DNA of 64,000 bases from NCBI GenBank assembly GCA_963665235.2, contig CAXXLX010000001.1, positions 3,680,001 to 3,744,000 on the forward strand. The letters are read 5' to 3'. This DNA comes from Candidatus Poribacteria bacterium (GTDB lineage: Bacteria > Poribacteria > WGA-4E > WGA-3G). Position numbers and translations under genes: made by a program. The notes under the pieces are model-generated. The model did no database searches and was not told the DNA's origin. It saw only the letters and a list, made by a program, of their open reading frames with translations. How positions within the stretch are numbered: the first letter of the stretch is position 1; each line of letters starts with the position of its first letter. Below, in pieces: positions 18,760-29,701 of the stretch.

Positions 18760-21009
18760 ATGCCTCTGTCACATCAACAGAGAAGGTCCATTATGGTGTT
18801 GATGGAATATGCTACGTTCTGTTCAGAAGAAATTAAACTATTGGCAGTTGAACTTGCTAAACAGGAATTGCCGCTCATTGCACAGCTGGAACCGATTGCG
18901 GATTTTGAAGAACTGCTTACCTTTGCGGAAGCACATCCCACGCCGATTGAATTCGAGCCGAGGTCTCCTGCATGGCGACTTGAATCCGTAGCAGCGCGTG
19001 TCATTGAGGCTATCGCTATTGCCGCGCACGAATCGCTTGACGATACCGAATGGCAAGAGCTCACACGCATCCTTTTGGAACATGCAGCATACCTCTACAC
19101 CTATCCGGACACCCCTACGAATCGTGAAAAGTTGGAAGCAGGTACAGCACTAGCATTAGTCAGCAGTGTGTGCGCGTCTTTGCCGCAAGCCGAACTGTGG
19201 CGACTCGCCGGGTTCGGACGGATTGCGGCAGTGCTCTCGGAGGATGCACCTGCACATGTCATTCAACCGCTTGATGTCGCTTTTCTGCTTGCAAATGAAC
19301 GAAATCTGCCAATTCTGGATTCAGCAATTGCACGCTATAACACAGTTCTGAACCGTCACCTCACACTTAAGCACACATTAAGTTTTCCGCTAAGCGACAC
19401 AGATTTCTTTGACCACCTCAATTTGGAGTTTGCAGGTATGGACACGATAAAATCTGCTGTTTTGGCAGGGGACATACCCAGTGCAAAATCGGCATACACG
19501 GCGTTTCGCCAGCAGCTCTTAGACCGTTCCCTATTAGAAAAAGCGGACACGTATCGTACTGCGAAATTGTCCCTCGAATGCCTGCTTCAATTGTCTATCC
19601 AGCCATCACCGCCTATCGTTGGCACCACGGAGCTCGGCATCGCTGCCCTTCTCCTGCCGGAATTTCGAGGGAGCAAACAACTTCTCTTGCTAGCGTTGCG
19701 CCGCTATAAGTGGATAACCGATACGCTCTTCTATCCGGACGGTTTTCACATTGACACATCCCCGCGTTCTCAAGTTGAGGCTGTTGCCGATTTTGTGAGA
19801 TTTCTGTCTGTTTACGATAGCACAGCAGAACCGCCAGTTGAAAATCTGAAAACATTACTGAAAAAACAGGTAGCGGCATGCATCTCCATAAGTCAACCGG
19901 ATTTGTCGTTTCCACCGTTCGGTGCATCCCCAATCCCGCCTAATTTTGATGTTATTGAACTGTGTCAACAAGTAGGGAATATCGGTTTTGAACGTGACGA
20001 TTTCCTATATATCGCCTCCGCAAGAGCACAAGGAAACGAACCGAACACAACATCGCATGCCCTGCCTTACGTAGGCTATTACGCAATGAGAGATAGCTGG
20101 GGCCCTGATGCACAATATCTGCTTTTTGACACCGGCCCATTGGGCAAACCGGGCTATGAGGACAAGCTTAGTTTTGTGTTACATGCACACGGACAGCAAT
20201 TAATTACGCACAACCATCAGGATAGACACGGAAATTCAGAGAGCGCAGCGAGTCAGGCACACAATAGCTTGCACATTGATGGGAAAGGGCAAAACCGCGC
20301 GGAACAGGCGGAAGCAGAGATTGTTCCGGATGCAGATGCACGCTGGTTAACAACGTCAACATTCGATTTCGTAGAAGGGTGGTATAAAACCGCCGACTTT
20401 CAGCATAAACGTTCTATTTTCTATACTAAAGGCGAATATTTTATACTCCATGACGTAGTCCTCGGCGATGGAGAACGGACGCTATCCCAGACTTTCCATC
20501 TCAATACACTTGGACAGAGCGGAGCTGCTATACACGTCGCAGCGGATGTCGGGCACGCCTGGACGCAGGAAATAGCACAGAGTAATATTTTTATCGGCGC
20601 GGTCGATACAACAAATCTTCGTGTTCAATCGGATGCAAAACGTATCATCTATAACGTTCGCCAGAAATTGCCGGCAGTTATGAACACGCTCCTTTTGCCG
20701 ATGAAACCGCACGTTGAAGAACGTCCCACCCTTACACCCATTGCGGTTAGCACAGACGCGGATGTGTTAGCAACCGGTTTCTCTGTGGAATTGAACGGCG
20801 TAACCGACACCTTTCTCATCTCTGATGACGGTTTAGCGACAATGTCCACCTCAGATTTGTCGGAGAAGGTTGAGTTTATAGGAGAATATCTATTTTTGCG
20901 AGGGGATACGTTCGTAATGCTGAATGCGCGGTTTCTCAAAGTGGGGGCTCAAGTGCTCGCTGCATTAGATGAACCGCGCGCGTACTATGTAGGGATGCGC
21001 CGCGCTTAA
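18760..21009 (+). CDS. Heparinase II/III-like (alginate/GAG lyase family) protein
   Basis: GYYAMRDSW...YLLFDTGPLG...EDKLSFVLHAHG...AHNSLHIDGKGQ. Start may be ATG 18793 or 18802. Confidence 0.8.
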   Translation: MPLSHQQRRSIMVLMEYATFCSEEIKLLAVELAKQELPLIAQLEPIADFEELLTFAEAHPTPIEFEPRSPAWRLESVAARVIEAIAIAAHESLDDTEWQELTRILLEHAAYLYTYPDTPTNREKLEAGTALALVSSVCASLPQAELWRLAGFGRIAAVLSEDAPAHVIQPLDVAFLLANERNLPILDSAIARYNTVLNRHLTLKHTLSFPLSDTDFFDHLNLEFAGMDTIKSAVLAGDIPSAKSAYTAFRQQLLDRSLLEKADTYRTAKLSLECLLQLSIQPSPPIVGTTELGIAALLLPEFRGSKQLLLLALRRYKWITDTLFYPDGFHIDTSPRSQVEAVADFVRFLSVYDSTAEPPVENLKTLLKKQVAACISISQPDLSFPPFGASPIPPNFDVIELCQQVGNIGFERDDFLYIASARAQGNEPNTTSHALPYVGYYAMRDSWGPDAQYLLFDTGPLGKPGYEDKLSFVLHAHGQQLITHNHQDRHGNSESAASQAHNSLHIDGKGQNRAEQAEAEIVPDADARWLTTSTFDFVEGWYKTADFQHKRSIFYTKGEYFILHDVVLGDGERTLSQTFHLNTLGQSGAAIHVAADVGHAWTQEIAQSNIFIGAVDTTNLRVQSDAKRIIYNVRQKLPAVMNTLLLPMKPHVEERPTLTPIAVSTDADVLATGFSVELNGVTDTFLISDDGLATMSTSDLSEKVEFIGEYLFLRGDTFVMLNARFLKVGAQVLAALDEPRAYYVGMRRA

Positions 21010-21074
21010 TGCAACTGAAAAGGCACCGATTTTTTCCCATCACTTCCACCGCCTCAATTAGATTGTCGCCTTAA

Positions 21075-21593
21075 TCATTGAAGTAACGATAACACCTTTA
21101 TTCGGAGCGTTTCCACTTCTTCGGCAAGTGCGCTAATCATCTCATTTTGTTTGTGTATAAGTGACGCAATCTGTTTCTCCGCCGCCCTCTCCTTCATACT
21201 ACGCCATGCTATGATAATCTGGGGTATACCTACAGCTAAGACTATAAGAGCTATCAAAGCGAATACAAAGTTCGCGACCATTACTATCTGTTTTTCAACA
21301 CCTGTGAGCTGTTTTTCAATGCCTATGACCTGTTTTTCAACGCCGGTTAAACGTGTATCTAATCGTCCAAACCCCGATTTTAAAAACACAATATCGGCTT
21401 TCATAGACACAATATCAGCTTTCATAGACACAATATCGGCTTTTATAGGTGTGAGTTCCTTGTCAATTACTCTTTCGACTTCCTCTTTGACAATAGAGCG
21501 AATTTCTTTGAGGTCTTGAGGGGTCAACTGAGCGAAAGATGGCAGCGTAAACACACACAAACAGACCGATAAACAGAAAATAGATTTCAACAT
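21075..21593 (-). CDS. Hypothetical signal-peptide/coiled-coil/TM protein
   Basis: Heptad repeats KADIVSM x3 and GVEKQ x3, then a TM segment. Confidence 0.75.
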   Translation of the reverse strand: MLKSIFCLSVCLCVFTLPSFAQLTPQDLKEIRSIVKEEVERVIDKELTPIKADIVSMKADIVSMKADIVFLKSGFGRLDTRLTGVEKQVIGIEKQLTGVEKQIVMVANFVFALIALIVLAVGIPQIIIAWRSMKERAAEKQIASLIHKQNEMISALAEEVETLRIKVLSLLQ

Positions 21594-21702
21594 GATTTCC
21601 TCCTACAAAATTTTTCTAAAAGAAATTATACAGAATTTCTCCGATTAACGCAACATCAATTTTTTCCAAACAGATCAGGCATGAACCCGCCGCCAGCAGC
21701 AG

Positions 21703-21730
21703 AAAAAAAGGCGAGGCACAAAACCTCGCC
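21703..21730 (-). terminator. Intrinsic terminator
   Basis: GGCGAGG/CCTCGCC stem followed by T7 on the minus strand, just after the FGE lipoprotein stop. Confidence 0.7.
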
Positions 21731-21749
21731 GAGGTAAAGAGGTAAACAT

Positions 21750-22877
21750 TTAAGGCGTTACAACCCTCACACAACGAAAACCGTAGTAGTTGGCCGACTC
21801 AACAAAAAGTAAAGGGTAGTGGCGATAGGCGACCCGCACGAAGCGTTCCTCACTGGTCCAGTCTCCACCACGCAAAACGCGGAATCTTTTAACATTTTTA
21901 TAATTATTTATTAACCATTCAATGCTATTCGCACCCGACAGCGGATTCTGAACAGGCGAAACCGAATAGAAACCTTTGTTATACTCGTCTAAGCACCACT
22001 CCCTAACATTCCCCGCCATATCAAATAAACCGTAGCCATTTGCAGCATACTTACCAACTACAGTGGTATAGCCACTTGGGCCACCACCATCGAAATCGTA
22101 GTTCGCTTTAGTAGAATCTATGGTGTTCCCCCAAGGGTATTTTTGACCTGCTAAACCGCCACGTGCCGCTTTCTCCCACTCCGCTTCTGTCGGCAGACGT
22201 TTGTCCACCCACTCCGCATAAGCCATCGCACCATACCAACTCACGTAGTTAACAGGATGATTCTCATACCCCAATCTCACACGGTACTTACCGGATACGA
22301 ACCTAATCATCCAAGCACGCTTAGGAATATTATACCATGTGATCTCACCCTCAGCGTGTTTGCCTTTAGCATTTAGAAACCTTGCATATTGGGCATTGGT
22401 GACCTCGTACTTATCCATGTAAAACGCATCTACATAGACAGAATGGACAGGTTGTTCGTCATTCGGTGCATCTTCATCGTTGCTGCCCATCTGAAATTCA
22501 CCAGCAGGGATGAGGACCATACCCTCAGGGGGTGGCGGAATATCAGGTTCCTCGGGTTCAGGTGCTGCAACAGTGTAGGTAAGTGAAGTGGAACCGCCAT
22601 CCCACGTGAGGACAAGGTTCAACGTGCCTTGCGTAAAAGGACCTTTTATTTTCGCATTCACACCAGAGAGGGATACTTTTCCGTTATTCGCTTTCAGTCC
22701 CGTAGGGGTGCCATCAAAAATAACGATAATCTCCGTATCTGTTTGGATGGTGCGGCCATCCGCGGGAATCGCTTTGGTAAACGACACCGTTTCTTCTGTC
22801 TCACCACAACCACTGAAGACAATCGCAAGACAGCTGACAAGCATAACTATTCCTATGAGACGAAAACATTTTTTCAT
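21750..22877 (-). CDS. FGE-sulfatase (SUMF1) domain lipoprotein
   Basis: Lipobox FSGC, Pro-rich linker, RLPTEAEWEKAARGG, GFRCVR. Confidence 0.9.
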   Translation of the reverse strand: MKKCFRLIGIVMLVSCLAIVFSGCGETEETVSFTKAIPADGRTIQTDTEIIVIFDGTPTGLKANNGKVSLSGVNAKIKGPFTQGTLNLVLTWDGGSTSLTYTVAAPEPEEPDIPPPPEGMVLIPAGEFQMGSNDEDAPNDEQPVHSVYVDAFYMDKYEVTNAQYARFLNAKGKHAEGEITWYNIPKRAWMIRFVSGKYRVRLGYENHPVNYVSWYGAMAYAEWVDKRLPTEAEWEKAARGGLAGQKYPWGNTIDSTKANYDFDGGGPSGYTTVVGKYAANGYGLFDMAGNVREWCLDEYNKGFYSVSPVQNPLSGANSIEWLINNYKNVKRFRVLRGGDWTSEERFVRVAYRHYPLLFVESANYYGFRCVRVVTP

Positions 22878-23081
22878 AAAATGCTCCTTTGTTTGTTAAC
22901 GTGAGGTTGATAATAAATGTCCGTTGATTTCCGTAGAAACGTTTCAGGTTCTCCGAAAATAGCACTATGATTGTAGCCCAAACTAAAAGTTTATGCCACA
23001 AAACTTCTGTGTTTTCAGACTATACTTGTCCCAGGATGGCCGAAAATTAGGGGGTAGAAAAATTCCGCGCTTGCATATTAA

Positions 23082-23852
23082 TCAAGCGGCGTTGAAATAG
23101 TCCAATATCACGTCATGCAGCAGCCCATTCGTTGCTACGAGTGACGATGTGTTCTTAGAGACAGGTTGTCCTTGCATATCTGTCACCTTTCCACCGGCTT
23201 CGCGCACAATAACGGTGATAGCAGCGATATCCCAGACGCTAATCGCTGCTTCAATAACAGCGTCCGCTCTACCGGAAGCGATGAGATGATACATATAGAA
23301 GTCACCGAATCCTCTGGAGCGGGCGGTGGTGTTGATAAGCGCGCACATATTGGTTAAAACGTTTTTCTCTGTAAACCACTTCAGGCCGCCGTGGCAAATC
23401 ATCGCGTCTGCGGGTTGTGCTACGTTGGACACCTGAATTGGTTCACCGTTTAGGAACGCACCTTTACCGGCTTCCGCGTAAAGCAGTTCGTTCAGCAGGG
23501 GGGCATTGGAGACACCCAGTATCAGCGCGTCCCCCTTCATCAGCGCGATTTGTGTGCCGAAGATGGGAATTTTCCGGACATAATTCTTTGTCGCATCGAT
23601 GGGATCAATAATCCAGAGGTATGGCGATGTGCCCTCTTCTGTGCCGTATTCTTCCCCCAAGAAGCCGTGGTCAGGAAAAGCCTGCCTAATCGTTTCTCGG
23701 ATAGCTTTCTCCGCTTCCGTATCAGCACGGGTGACAGGCGTTTCGTCCGATTTGATTTCGACCTGCATGGTATCACCTGTGTAATAAGCAGTGATAATTT
23801 CTTCCGCATTTTTGGCGGCTTCTAGCGCAACGGTTAAAAATTGACTGGACAT
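23082..23852 (-). CDS. Inositol monophosphatase family protein (histidinol-phosphatase HisN-like)
   Basis: GEEYG, WIIDPIDATKNY, RGFGDFY, WDIAA. Start placed at MSSQFL after GGAG. Confidence 0.88.
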   Translation of the reverse strand: MSSQFLTVALEAAKNAEEIITAYYTGDTMQVEIKSDETPVTRADTEAEKAIRETIRQAFPDHGFLGEEYGTEEGTSPYLWIIDPIDATKNYVRKIPIFGTQIALMKGDALILGVSNAPLLNELLYAEAGKGAFLNGEPIQVSNVAQPADAMICHGGLKWFTEKNVLTNMCALINTTARSRGFGDFYMYHLIASGRADAVIEAAISVWDIAAITVIVREAGGKVTDMQGQPVSKNTSSLVATNGLLHDVILDYFNAA

Positions 23853-24074
23853 AAGTTCTCCTAAATTAGCAATTAGCAATTGGCAATTGGCAGAAAGGAG
23901 AAATAGATGAAAATCTGCGATTTTCATTATTTTCTCTCCTAGCAAGATGTTGTGATTCTAAATAACCCTTTGACGCGCGTGCATCTACCTCTTCCTCTTG
24001 CTAACGGTTTCTAACGGTTTCCAAAAAGCAATGAATGGTTTCTCTACTACGAGCCCTGTCTATATTTTGTAGCG

Positions 24075-24240
24075 TGAACTTCTATATTGCACACTTATGC
24101 CACAAACTAGGAAGTTCGTGATACTATGCATGAACTTCTATATTGCACACTTATGCCACAAACTAGGAAGTTCGTGATACTATGCATGAACTTCTATATT
24201 GCACACTTATGCCACAAACTAGGAAGTTTGTGATACTATG
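24075..24240. repeat. Three tandem 56-bp units derived from the REP doublet of MITE family B
   Basis: Units start at 24075, 24131 and 24187, followed by the family-B-like terminus GGCACCTTGCGTTA. Confidence 0.9.
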
Positions 24241-24252
24241 TGGCACCTTGCG

Positions 24253-26067
24253 TTATTTGCGAAGGGAGATTGCGGGGCAATAAATTCCCTTCCGTTCGCG
24301 GACCCACCATGTACCTTCTGCGCGTTTCGTAGCGATATCGGTAAAGCGATAATCGTACAACGTGGCGCGGATGTAACGTGGCGCTCCATCCGGAAACGGG
24401 TTTTCTGCCAACAGCTTCAGCACCTCAGGCTTACCCTCTAGCAGGACTGCCATAAAGTTGAGAAACCAGGGGGTATTTCGATAATTGCCTCGGAGCGCAG
24501 CAAACCACATCTGCCAATCCAGACGCGGTTGATGCGGTGCAACCCATTTAGGGGCATGTGTGAGGTTGCCCGGTTTCCATCGAAATTCGTAGGGTTTCCA
24601 CGTTATCCGGTCGTTGCTGCCCTCAACAATAATTTCGGGACGCGACTCAGTCATATCCGCAAAAAGTCCGTAGGTGTTGACGCTTCGAAAGGGGGCAATC
24701 CAAGCAACCTCCGGTAACCGTGCTGTCCTGAAAAGTTGTTCAGTGAACCGCATACCGCTCAACAGAAAGAGAAACATCGCAACAACCGCTATACCGGTCC
24801 GTAGATAACGAGACGACGCGTTTTCAACGGAATGAAAAACCCCTCTGAAACGTTTCGGAATCAGACATTTCCACGTGACATCGTCAATGAGAAGGAGGCA
24901 GAGCACGATTGTTAGCAGATTAAAAAAACAGTAATTTCCTGTCAACAGAATTAACAATTGGAGCCCGACCAATCCGATAGCCCCTACGTTCCGTAAACGG
25001 CGCGGGGCAAAGATTAGGAAAGGCAGCATCAGTTCCACAGCGAACATACCGACAACAGAGACTTTTTGAAACCATTCCGGCAACTGATGGGCATACCACC
25101 CTATCCAGGTCGGCAATGGCTGCGTTTCATAATGAACGTTGAGTGCAGTGAGGTTCCGCCAGGTCTCATCGCTGGCAAGTTTAACAAATCCAGAGGCAAA
25201 CATCAAACGGAACAGAAGCCAACGTAAGAGCCACGTAAATGCAATAGAGGGCTGAGCGACGCGCACAAATGTCTCACGTATCCGCAGAGGTGCGAAAAAG
25301 ATTGCCAAAAATCCTGCTTCTAACAGCAACGCATCCCACTGGAAGCTGAGAAAGGTTTGCCCCACCGTCACAAGGGACAGGTAAAACACCCATAAACCTG
25401 CTAACGCAAATGGTGAGAAGAAGCCTGCGATTAAGACGAGAGACAAAAACACACCGCCAGCACACAAAAAATGAAGACATGCATCTGTCGGATTTAGCCA
25501 AAACAACGTTGGAAAAAGCGAGTACCCTTCCGTTCCGAACCGCTGATGGACAACCTCCAGATACTGTTCCGCCGGTAAGATGCCGCTGCTCCCGATAAGT
25601 CCATGAATTTGCACCCACAGGGAGAGGAAGGCGATGAGATAGATACAACCGAGCCCACGCAGAAACAGCCAGCGCGACAAACCGAACGTTGTCCTATCGC
25701 TATGTGTTCCCCACAACCAACGCGTCATCGCGGAGAAAAATGTACGGTGCTTTGCAACGAATCGATAGACAGCTTCCGATATCTTCGCGAACCCGGGCAG
25801 CTGAGCGTAAGACCAAAGCAGCACGCGGTTGTTTAAGGCACGCAAAACCGCCTCTGCCCCGCTAAAAACTGTGCCATTTTCCAAAATTAACTGGACCGAG
25901 GTTTGGAACGCGGACAGCGGTATTTCTGGAAACTGCGGAGCCACCTCCTGGTAGGCGGCGTAATCCACGCGGTCGCCTGTGACATGTTGCCATTGGGCAA
26001 TCCAGTAGCGGCAAAAACCGCAGTCATTATCGTAAACGAGGAGCGGTTTGCTGCGCTTGCTATCCAT
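24253..26067 (-). CDS. DCC1-like thiol-disulfide oxidoreductase (DUF393) fused to lipase maturation factor (LMF1)
   Basis: VYDNDCGFC; FLSFQWDALLLEAG, HYETQPLP, NTYGLFA, PHQPRLDWQMWFAAL. Confidence 0.92.
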   Translation of the reverse strand: MDSKRSKPLLVYDNDCGFCRYWIAQWQHVTGDRVDYAAYQEVAPQFPEIPLSAFQTSVQLILENGTVFSGAEAVLRALNNRVLLWSYAQLPGFAKISEAVYRFVAKHRTFFSAMTRWLWGTHSDRTTFGLSRWLFLRGLGCIYLIAFLSLWVQIHGLIGSSGILPAEQYLEVVHQRFGTEGYSLFPTLFWLNPTDACLHFLCAGGVFLSLVLIAGFFSPFALAGLWVFYLSLVTVGQTFLSFQWDALLLEAGFLAIFFAPLRIRETFVRVAQPSIAFTWLLRWLLFRLMFASGFVKLASDETWRNLTALNVHYETQPLPTWIGWYAHQLPEWFQKVSVVGMFAVELMLPFLIFAPRRLRNVGAIGLVGLQLLILLTGNYCFFNLLTIVLCLLLIDDVTWKCLIPKRFRGVFHSVENASSRYLRTGIAVVAMFLFLLSGMRFTEQLFRTARLPEVAWIAPFRSVNTYGLFADMTESRPEIIVEGSNDRITWKPYEFRWKPGNLTHAPKWVAPHQPRLDWQMWFAALRGNYRNTPWFLNFMAVLLEGKPEVLKLLAENPFPDGAPRYIRATLYDYRFTDIATKRAEGTWWVRERKGIYCPAISLRK

Positions 26068-27292
26068 GCCAGGCCTGCTGAATTTTGGCGATAGCCTCTA
26101 CAACCTGGTCCATATCCCGTTCTGAAGCGAGGAGCTGGTTTTGGAAAAGCCATACGCTCTGTTCACACACCAAGGCAGCATTCGGACACGGTAAGGTCCG
26201 GATGAGGTGTGGATATTTCTCTGCGACGTGTGCTATGCCCGGCTCCTGCGAAAGCGGGGACCGGTAGCCGATAGAACACGGAATGCCTTCGGCAGAGAGC
26301 GCGTTCACAAATTCCTGCCGAGACCTGCCACCGAACCCATCAGACTCATATTTCAAGCAGTAGAGGTGATACCCGTGTTTCGTAACCCACGGTGCAAGCT
26401 TTGGGGGGGTGATACCCTCAATTGCCGCTAATGCATTGGAGAGATAGGCAGCGTTCCGATTGCGGTGGTCTGTCTGCGCCTCTAGGAGTTGCAACCGCAC
26501 AGATAATATCGCAGCGAGGTATTCTGAAGGGCGATAGTTCCAACCGAGGCGCGGGTACTCCCATCTTGCACCGCCGGGGGCACGTCCGACATTCATGAAG
26601 GCACACACCCGGTCGTGAATATCTTTGTCGTTTGTTGTGACCATGCCGCCTTCGCCGGAGGTGAGATTTTTCGAGGATTGGAAGCTAAACGCACCGACAT
26701 CGCTGAGGCTGCCGACCTTTTTGGTCTGATATTCAGCACCGTGTGCCTGGGCGCAGTCCTCAATAAGTGCTAGTTGATGCCGTTGTGCAATGTCCTGGAG
26801 TGCTCCCATATCGGCTGGGTGCCCGCCGAGGTGGACAGGCAGAATAGCACGAGTTTGCGGCTGGATGGCTGCCGCTACCGCTTCAGGGTCAAGCGTGAAG
26901 GTTTCTGCTGAAATATCCACAAACGCTACGGTACATCGGCGTTCTAAAACCGCGCTTGCTGTCGCTACGAACGTATAGTTCGGGACGATAACTTCGCCAC
27001 CATCACTAAAACCGTCCAAATCGAGGGCACCAGCCAAGGCGGCACTGATAGCATCGGTGCCGTGCGGCATCAAAAGCGCGTACGCCGTTCCTGAATACTG
27101 AGCATATTGCTCACCAAACCGTCCACTCATTGCCCCCCCGAGCCCCTCGTTTGCACTCAAGTAGACCTCTCGCAACAGCGGTTCAATTTCCGATTCCCAC
27201 TCCTCAAGCGTATTTAGGGGCCATGCGGGCCAGGGATTGTCTTCTGTATTGCGAACAGGCGTACCGCCTGAAATTGCTAATTGGTTCAACAT
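26060..27292 (-). CDS. DegT/DnrJ/EryC1/StrS PLP-dependent aminotransferase
   Basis: PVHLGG, IEDCAQAHGA, FSFQSSKNLTSGEGG, GWNYR. Confidence 0.92.
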   Translation of the reverse strand: MLNQLAISGGTPVRNTEDNPWPAWPLNTLEEWESEIEPLLREVYLSANEGLGGAMSGRFGEQYAQYSGTAYALLMPHGTDAISAALAGALDLDGFSDGGEVIVPNYTFVATASAVLERRCTVAFVDISAETFTLDPEAVAAAIQPQTRAILPVHLGGHPADMGALQDIAQRHQLALIEDCAQAHGAEYQTKKVGSLSDVGAFSFQSSKNLTSGEGGMVTTNDKDIHDRVCAFMNVGRAPGGARWEYPRLGWNYRPSEYLAAILSVRLQLLEAQTDHRNRNAAYLSNALAAIEGITPPKLAPWVTKHGYHLYCLKYESDGFGGRSRQEFVNALSAEGIPCSIGYRSPLSQEPGIAHVAEKYPHLIRTLPCPNAALVCEQSVWLFQNQLLASERDMDQVVEAIAKIQQAWHG

Positions 27293-27340
27293 GATATATT
27301 CGTCTCACAAGTTTTCTTATAAAAACTGTGCCAAAATTTC

Positions 27341-28180
27341 CTAAAAAAATGGATAAAGGACTAAAACGATAGCATACACCACACCTGCTAAAACTGCCCC
27401 GACGAGGGCATCAATTGCATAATGGAATCTACCGTACACAGTGCCAAGGGTTAACCCTACACACATCGGCAGTAAAATCAAGAATGCTGTGCTATCATAG
27501 CGGAACGCACACAGCAACACTATGACCGATAACGAGACGTGCGAACTCGGAAACGCTGTCCCTTTTGACGAACCCCTTGAGAGAATTGAATGTGTGAGTT
27601 TGAAAAAAAAACCGCTAGACAACTTCCCCTCAATCTTCTCAAATATGTAACGGGGCCCGGTTGCCGGCAGAAATGGATAACAGAGTAGACTCAGATTGAA
27701 TGTTAACGTTTCAGCAAAGACCGTCTCCTGAAAGGGGACTAACCGCCCATCGAAATAGAGCCACGCCGCTAAAAATACGGCAATGACGTAATAACTAAAA
27801 TAGCAGCAGTGTAAAACCTCTGACAGAATCAGAGAGGAGAACCGACTGCTGAGTTCGAGGCTCGGCATCCCCCTAAAAATCTTTTTCTCCCAGCGGATAA
27901 CGGTGTCATCGAAGTAGCGTTGAAACACCATTTGCGTTAGGTTTCCCATCTCAAAATAGAACAGCGCGATAGTAGACAGTGGATACCAATCCCGTAGAAA
28001 TCGCAAAGGGAGTGGCATAGATGCGTCAACGCGTGTCAGCAGGATAATGCCGATAATACAAAGTCCACGTGCAATCAGATAGCGATACCAGTGCCCAACA
28101 TTCTTGTGGAAAACTGTAAGCAGTACACCTGTTATAGCTAAGTATCCGATGGCAACCCAATCGTAAGGAAGAAAATTCAT
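27341..28180 (-). CDS. PAP2 family membrane phosphatase/phosphotransferase
   Basis: PATGPRY, AFPSSHV, TVYGRFHYAIDALVG. Confidence 0.88.
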   Translation of the reverse strand: MNFLPYDWVAIGYLAITGVLLTVFHKNVGHWYRYLIARGLCIIGIILLTRVDASMPLPLRFLRDWYPLSTIALFYFEMGNLTQMVFQRYFDDTVIRWEKKIFRGMPSLELSSRFSSLILSEVLHCCYFSYYVIAVFLAAWLYFDGRLVPFQETVFAETLTFNLSLLCYPFLPATGPRYIFEKIEGKLSSGFFFKLTHSILSRGSSKGTAFPSSHVSLSVIVLLCAFRYDSTAFLILLPMCVGLTLGTVYGRFHYAIDALVGAVLAGVVYAIVLVLYPFF

Positions 28181-28393
28181 AAGTGTCGTCTTTTACCGTT
28201 GTGTTTTTTTAAGTTTACGCTATTTTCCAAAAAACAGCAAGGAAAAAATTTGAACACCTAATGGGAGGAGGGGCCACCATCTGGAAACGGCGGCCACCTA
28301 TAAAGTGAAAAGCGGGAAGAACGTTACAGGGGTACAAAACTACCCTAGACGAATCCTTGAGGATAACTTTAAACCTTGATACGGAAGTCCGTC

Positions 28394-29674
28394 TCAGTTT
28401 GGGTCATTTGGATTGGCCCTGTGGTGCAGCGGCTTGAAAGTAGCTTTTAGACAGAAGGAATTGCTGCATTTTCTATATTTTGTGTTACAGGGGTTCCCTC
28501 GATTCCCGCCTCTTTGCTTACAAATTAAGACTTTATGGCTGCCAGGTTCTCGACAAGTCCAATAGGAGACTCTGCATCCGGGTACTCCGGGTACATTACT
28601 GAGCTCGTTACCACAAACCACTTCTTTGTGCTTGTCCGCTTCTGCTTCTTTGACGACTTGATTGCATCCGGGACATAGGAACGTCTTACCTTCGCCTGGC
28701 GTGTAATACTCACAATCATGTGTGCACTTGCGATAGGGTGCTCCTACGCTGCAATGTCCATCCTCTGAAGTGGCTGGGCCAGGACATTTGTCCTGTAACT
28801 TATGGGCATCGGGGATGTAATATTTACATTGGACATGTGCCCCACAACCACCGTTCATGATACCCGATCCTTCGGGACATATCCAATGGTGGTCGTGGAT
28901 TGCCATAAGTGATTGCTCACATTGAGTATCTCCACAGACGTAATCACTGGCAACAGTCCAAGTCCCGGAACCATCTAAAAAACGGTCGCTCGGGATGCCT
29001 GATATATCGTCGGCTACACCGACTGAGCTACCTACACTTACGCTATAGGTGCCTGCTGGAGATAGACCCACTTCTGTCCCCACCGTTTGTGTAATTGATA
29101 CAGTGCCATTACCTTCCCAATCAACGCCCCATATCTCTACCTTACCTGAGGCGGTCCAATTATAGGTCCCCGGCACCGCCTTTATCGGAGAATAGAAGAA
29201 AACTTTGCGAGTAACGGTATGTGCCACGGGGTTTGCAGTCGCAGCCCCCCCGATTCCGCCTCCCCAGCTGCCAACCTTGATGGAATCTCCTCCAAGATTG
29301 AGTACTTGCGTATTGTCAGCACTCGCCGGGTAAATAGAGGCTTTGGCTTGACCGTAACCAACAATATCTGCTGCTATGGTGATTGTCACCTTTCTATCAG
29401 ATGGATCATACCTTGTTGTAGGAGTGTGTGGACCGCCTTTAGGTGGGTGCCCACAAGTCTGAAACTGGTAAGGATGCTCACTCATTGGGCAATACTGCTG
29501 CTTTGTAACTGTGTCTGGACTGCTTGACATCCTTGCCCCTGATTTAAACACAATTGTTATATTGCTAATGGGTGGGGGCTTGCTATCGGCAAAAATACCT
29601 AGATTCCATAGAAACAGAAGGGCAATAACCAAAGTGGATGAGAGCCCGAGATAAAATAACGTTTTCTTTAACAT
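28394..29674 (-). CDS. Secreted protein with Cys/His-rich C-terminal repeats
   Basis: N-terminal hydrophobic signal, Gly/Thr-rich beta region, repeated C..C...H...C units. Confidence 0.75.
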   Translation of the reverse strand: MLKKTLFYLGLSSTLVIALLFLWNLGIFADSKPPPISNITIVFKSGARMSSSPDTVTKQQYCPMSEHPYQFQTCGHPPKGGPHTPTTRYDPSDRKVTITIAADIVGYGQAKASIYPASADNTQVLNLGGDSIKVGSWGGGIGGAATANPVAHTVTRKVFFYSPIKAVPGTYNWTASGKVEIWGVDWEGNGTVSITQTVGTEVGLSPAGTYSVSVGSSVGVADDISGIPSDRFLDGSGTWTVASDYVCGDTQCEQSLMAIHDHHWICPEGSGIMNGGCGAHVQCKYYIPDAHKLQDKCPGPATSEDGHCSVGAPYRKCTHDCEYYTPGEGKTFLCPGCNQVVKEAEADKHKEVVCGNELSNVPGVPGCRVSYWTCREPGSHKVLICKQRGGNRGNPCNTKYRKCSNSFCLKATFKPLHHRANPNDPN

Positions 29675-29701
29675 TGTGATGTCCTTCCTTATAAAAATTG
29701 A

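Noticed and set aside
28394-29674. Multiheme cytochrome c (given ccmC in the window)
   Set aside because: No CxxCH motifs.
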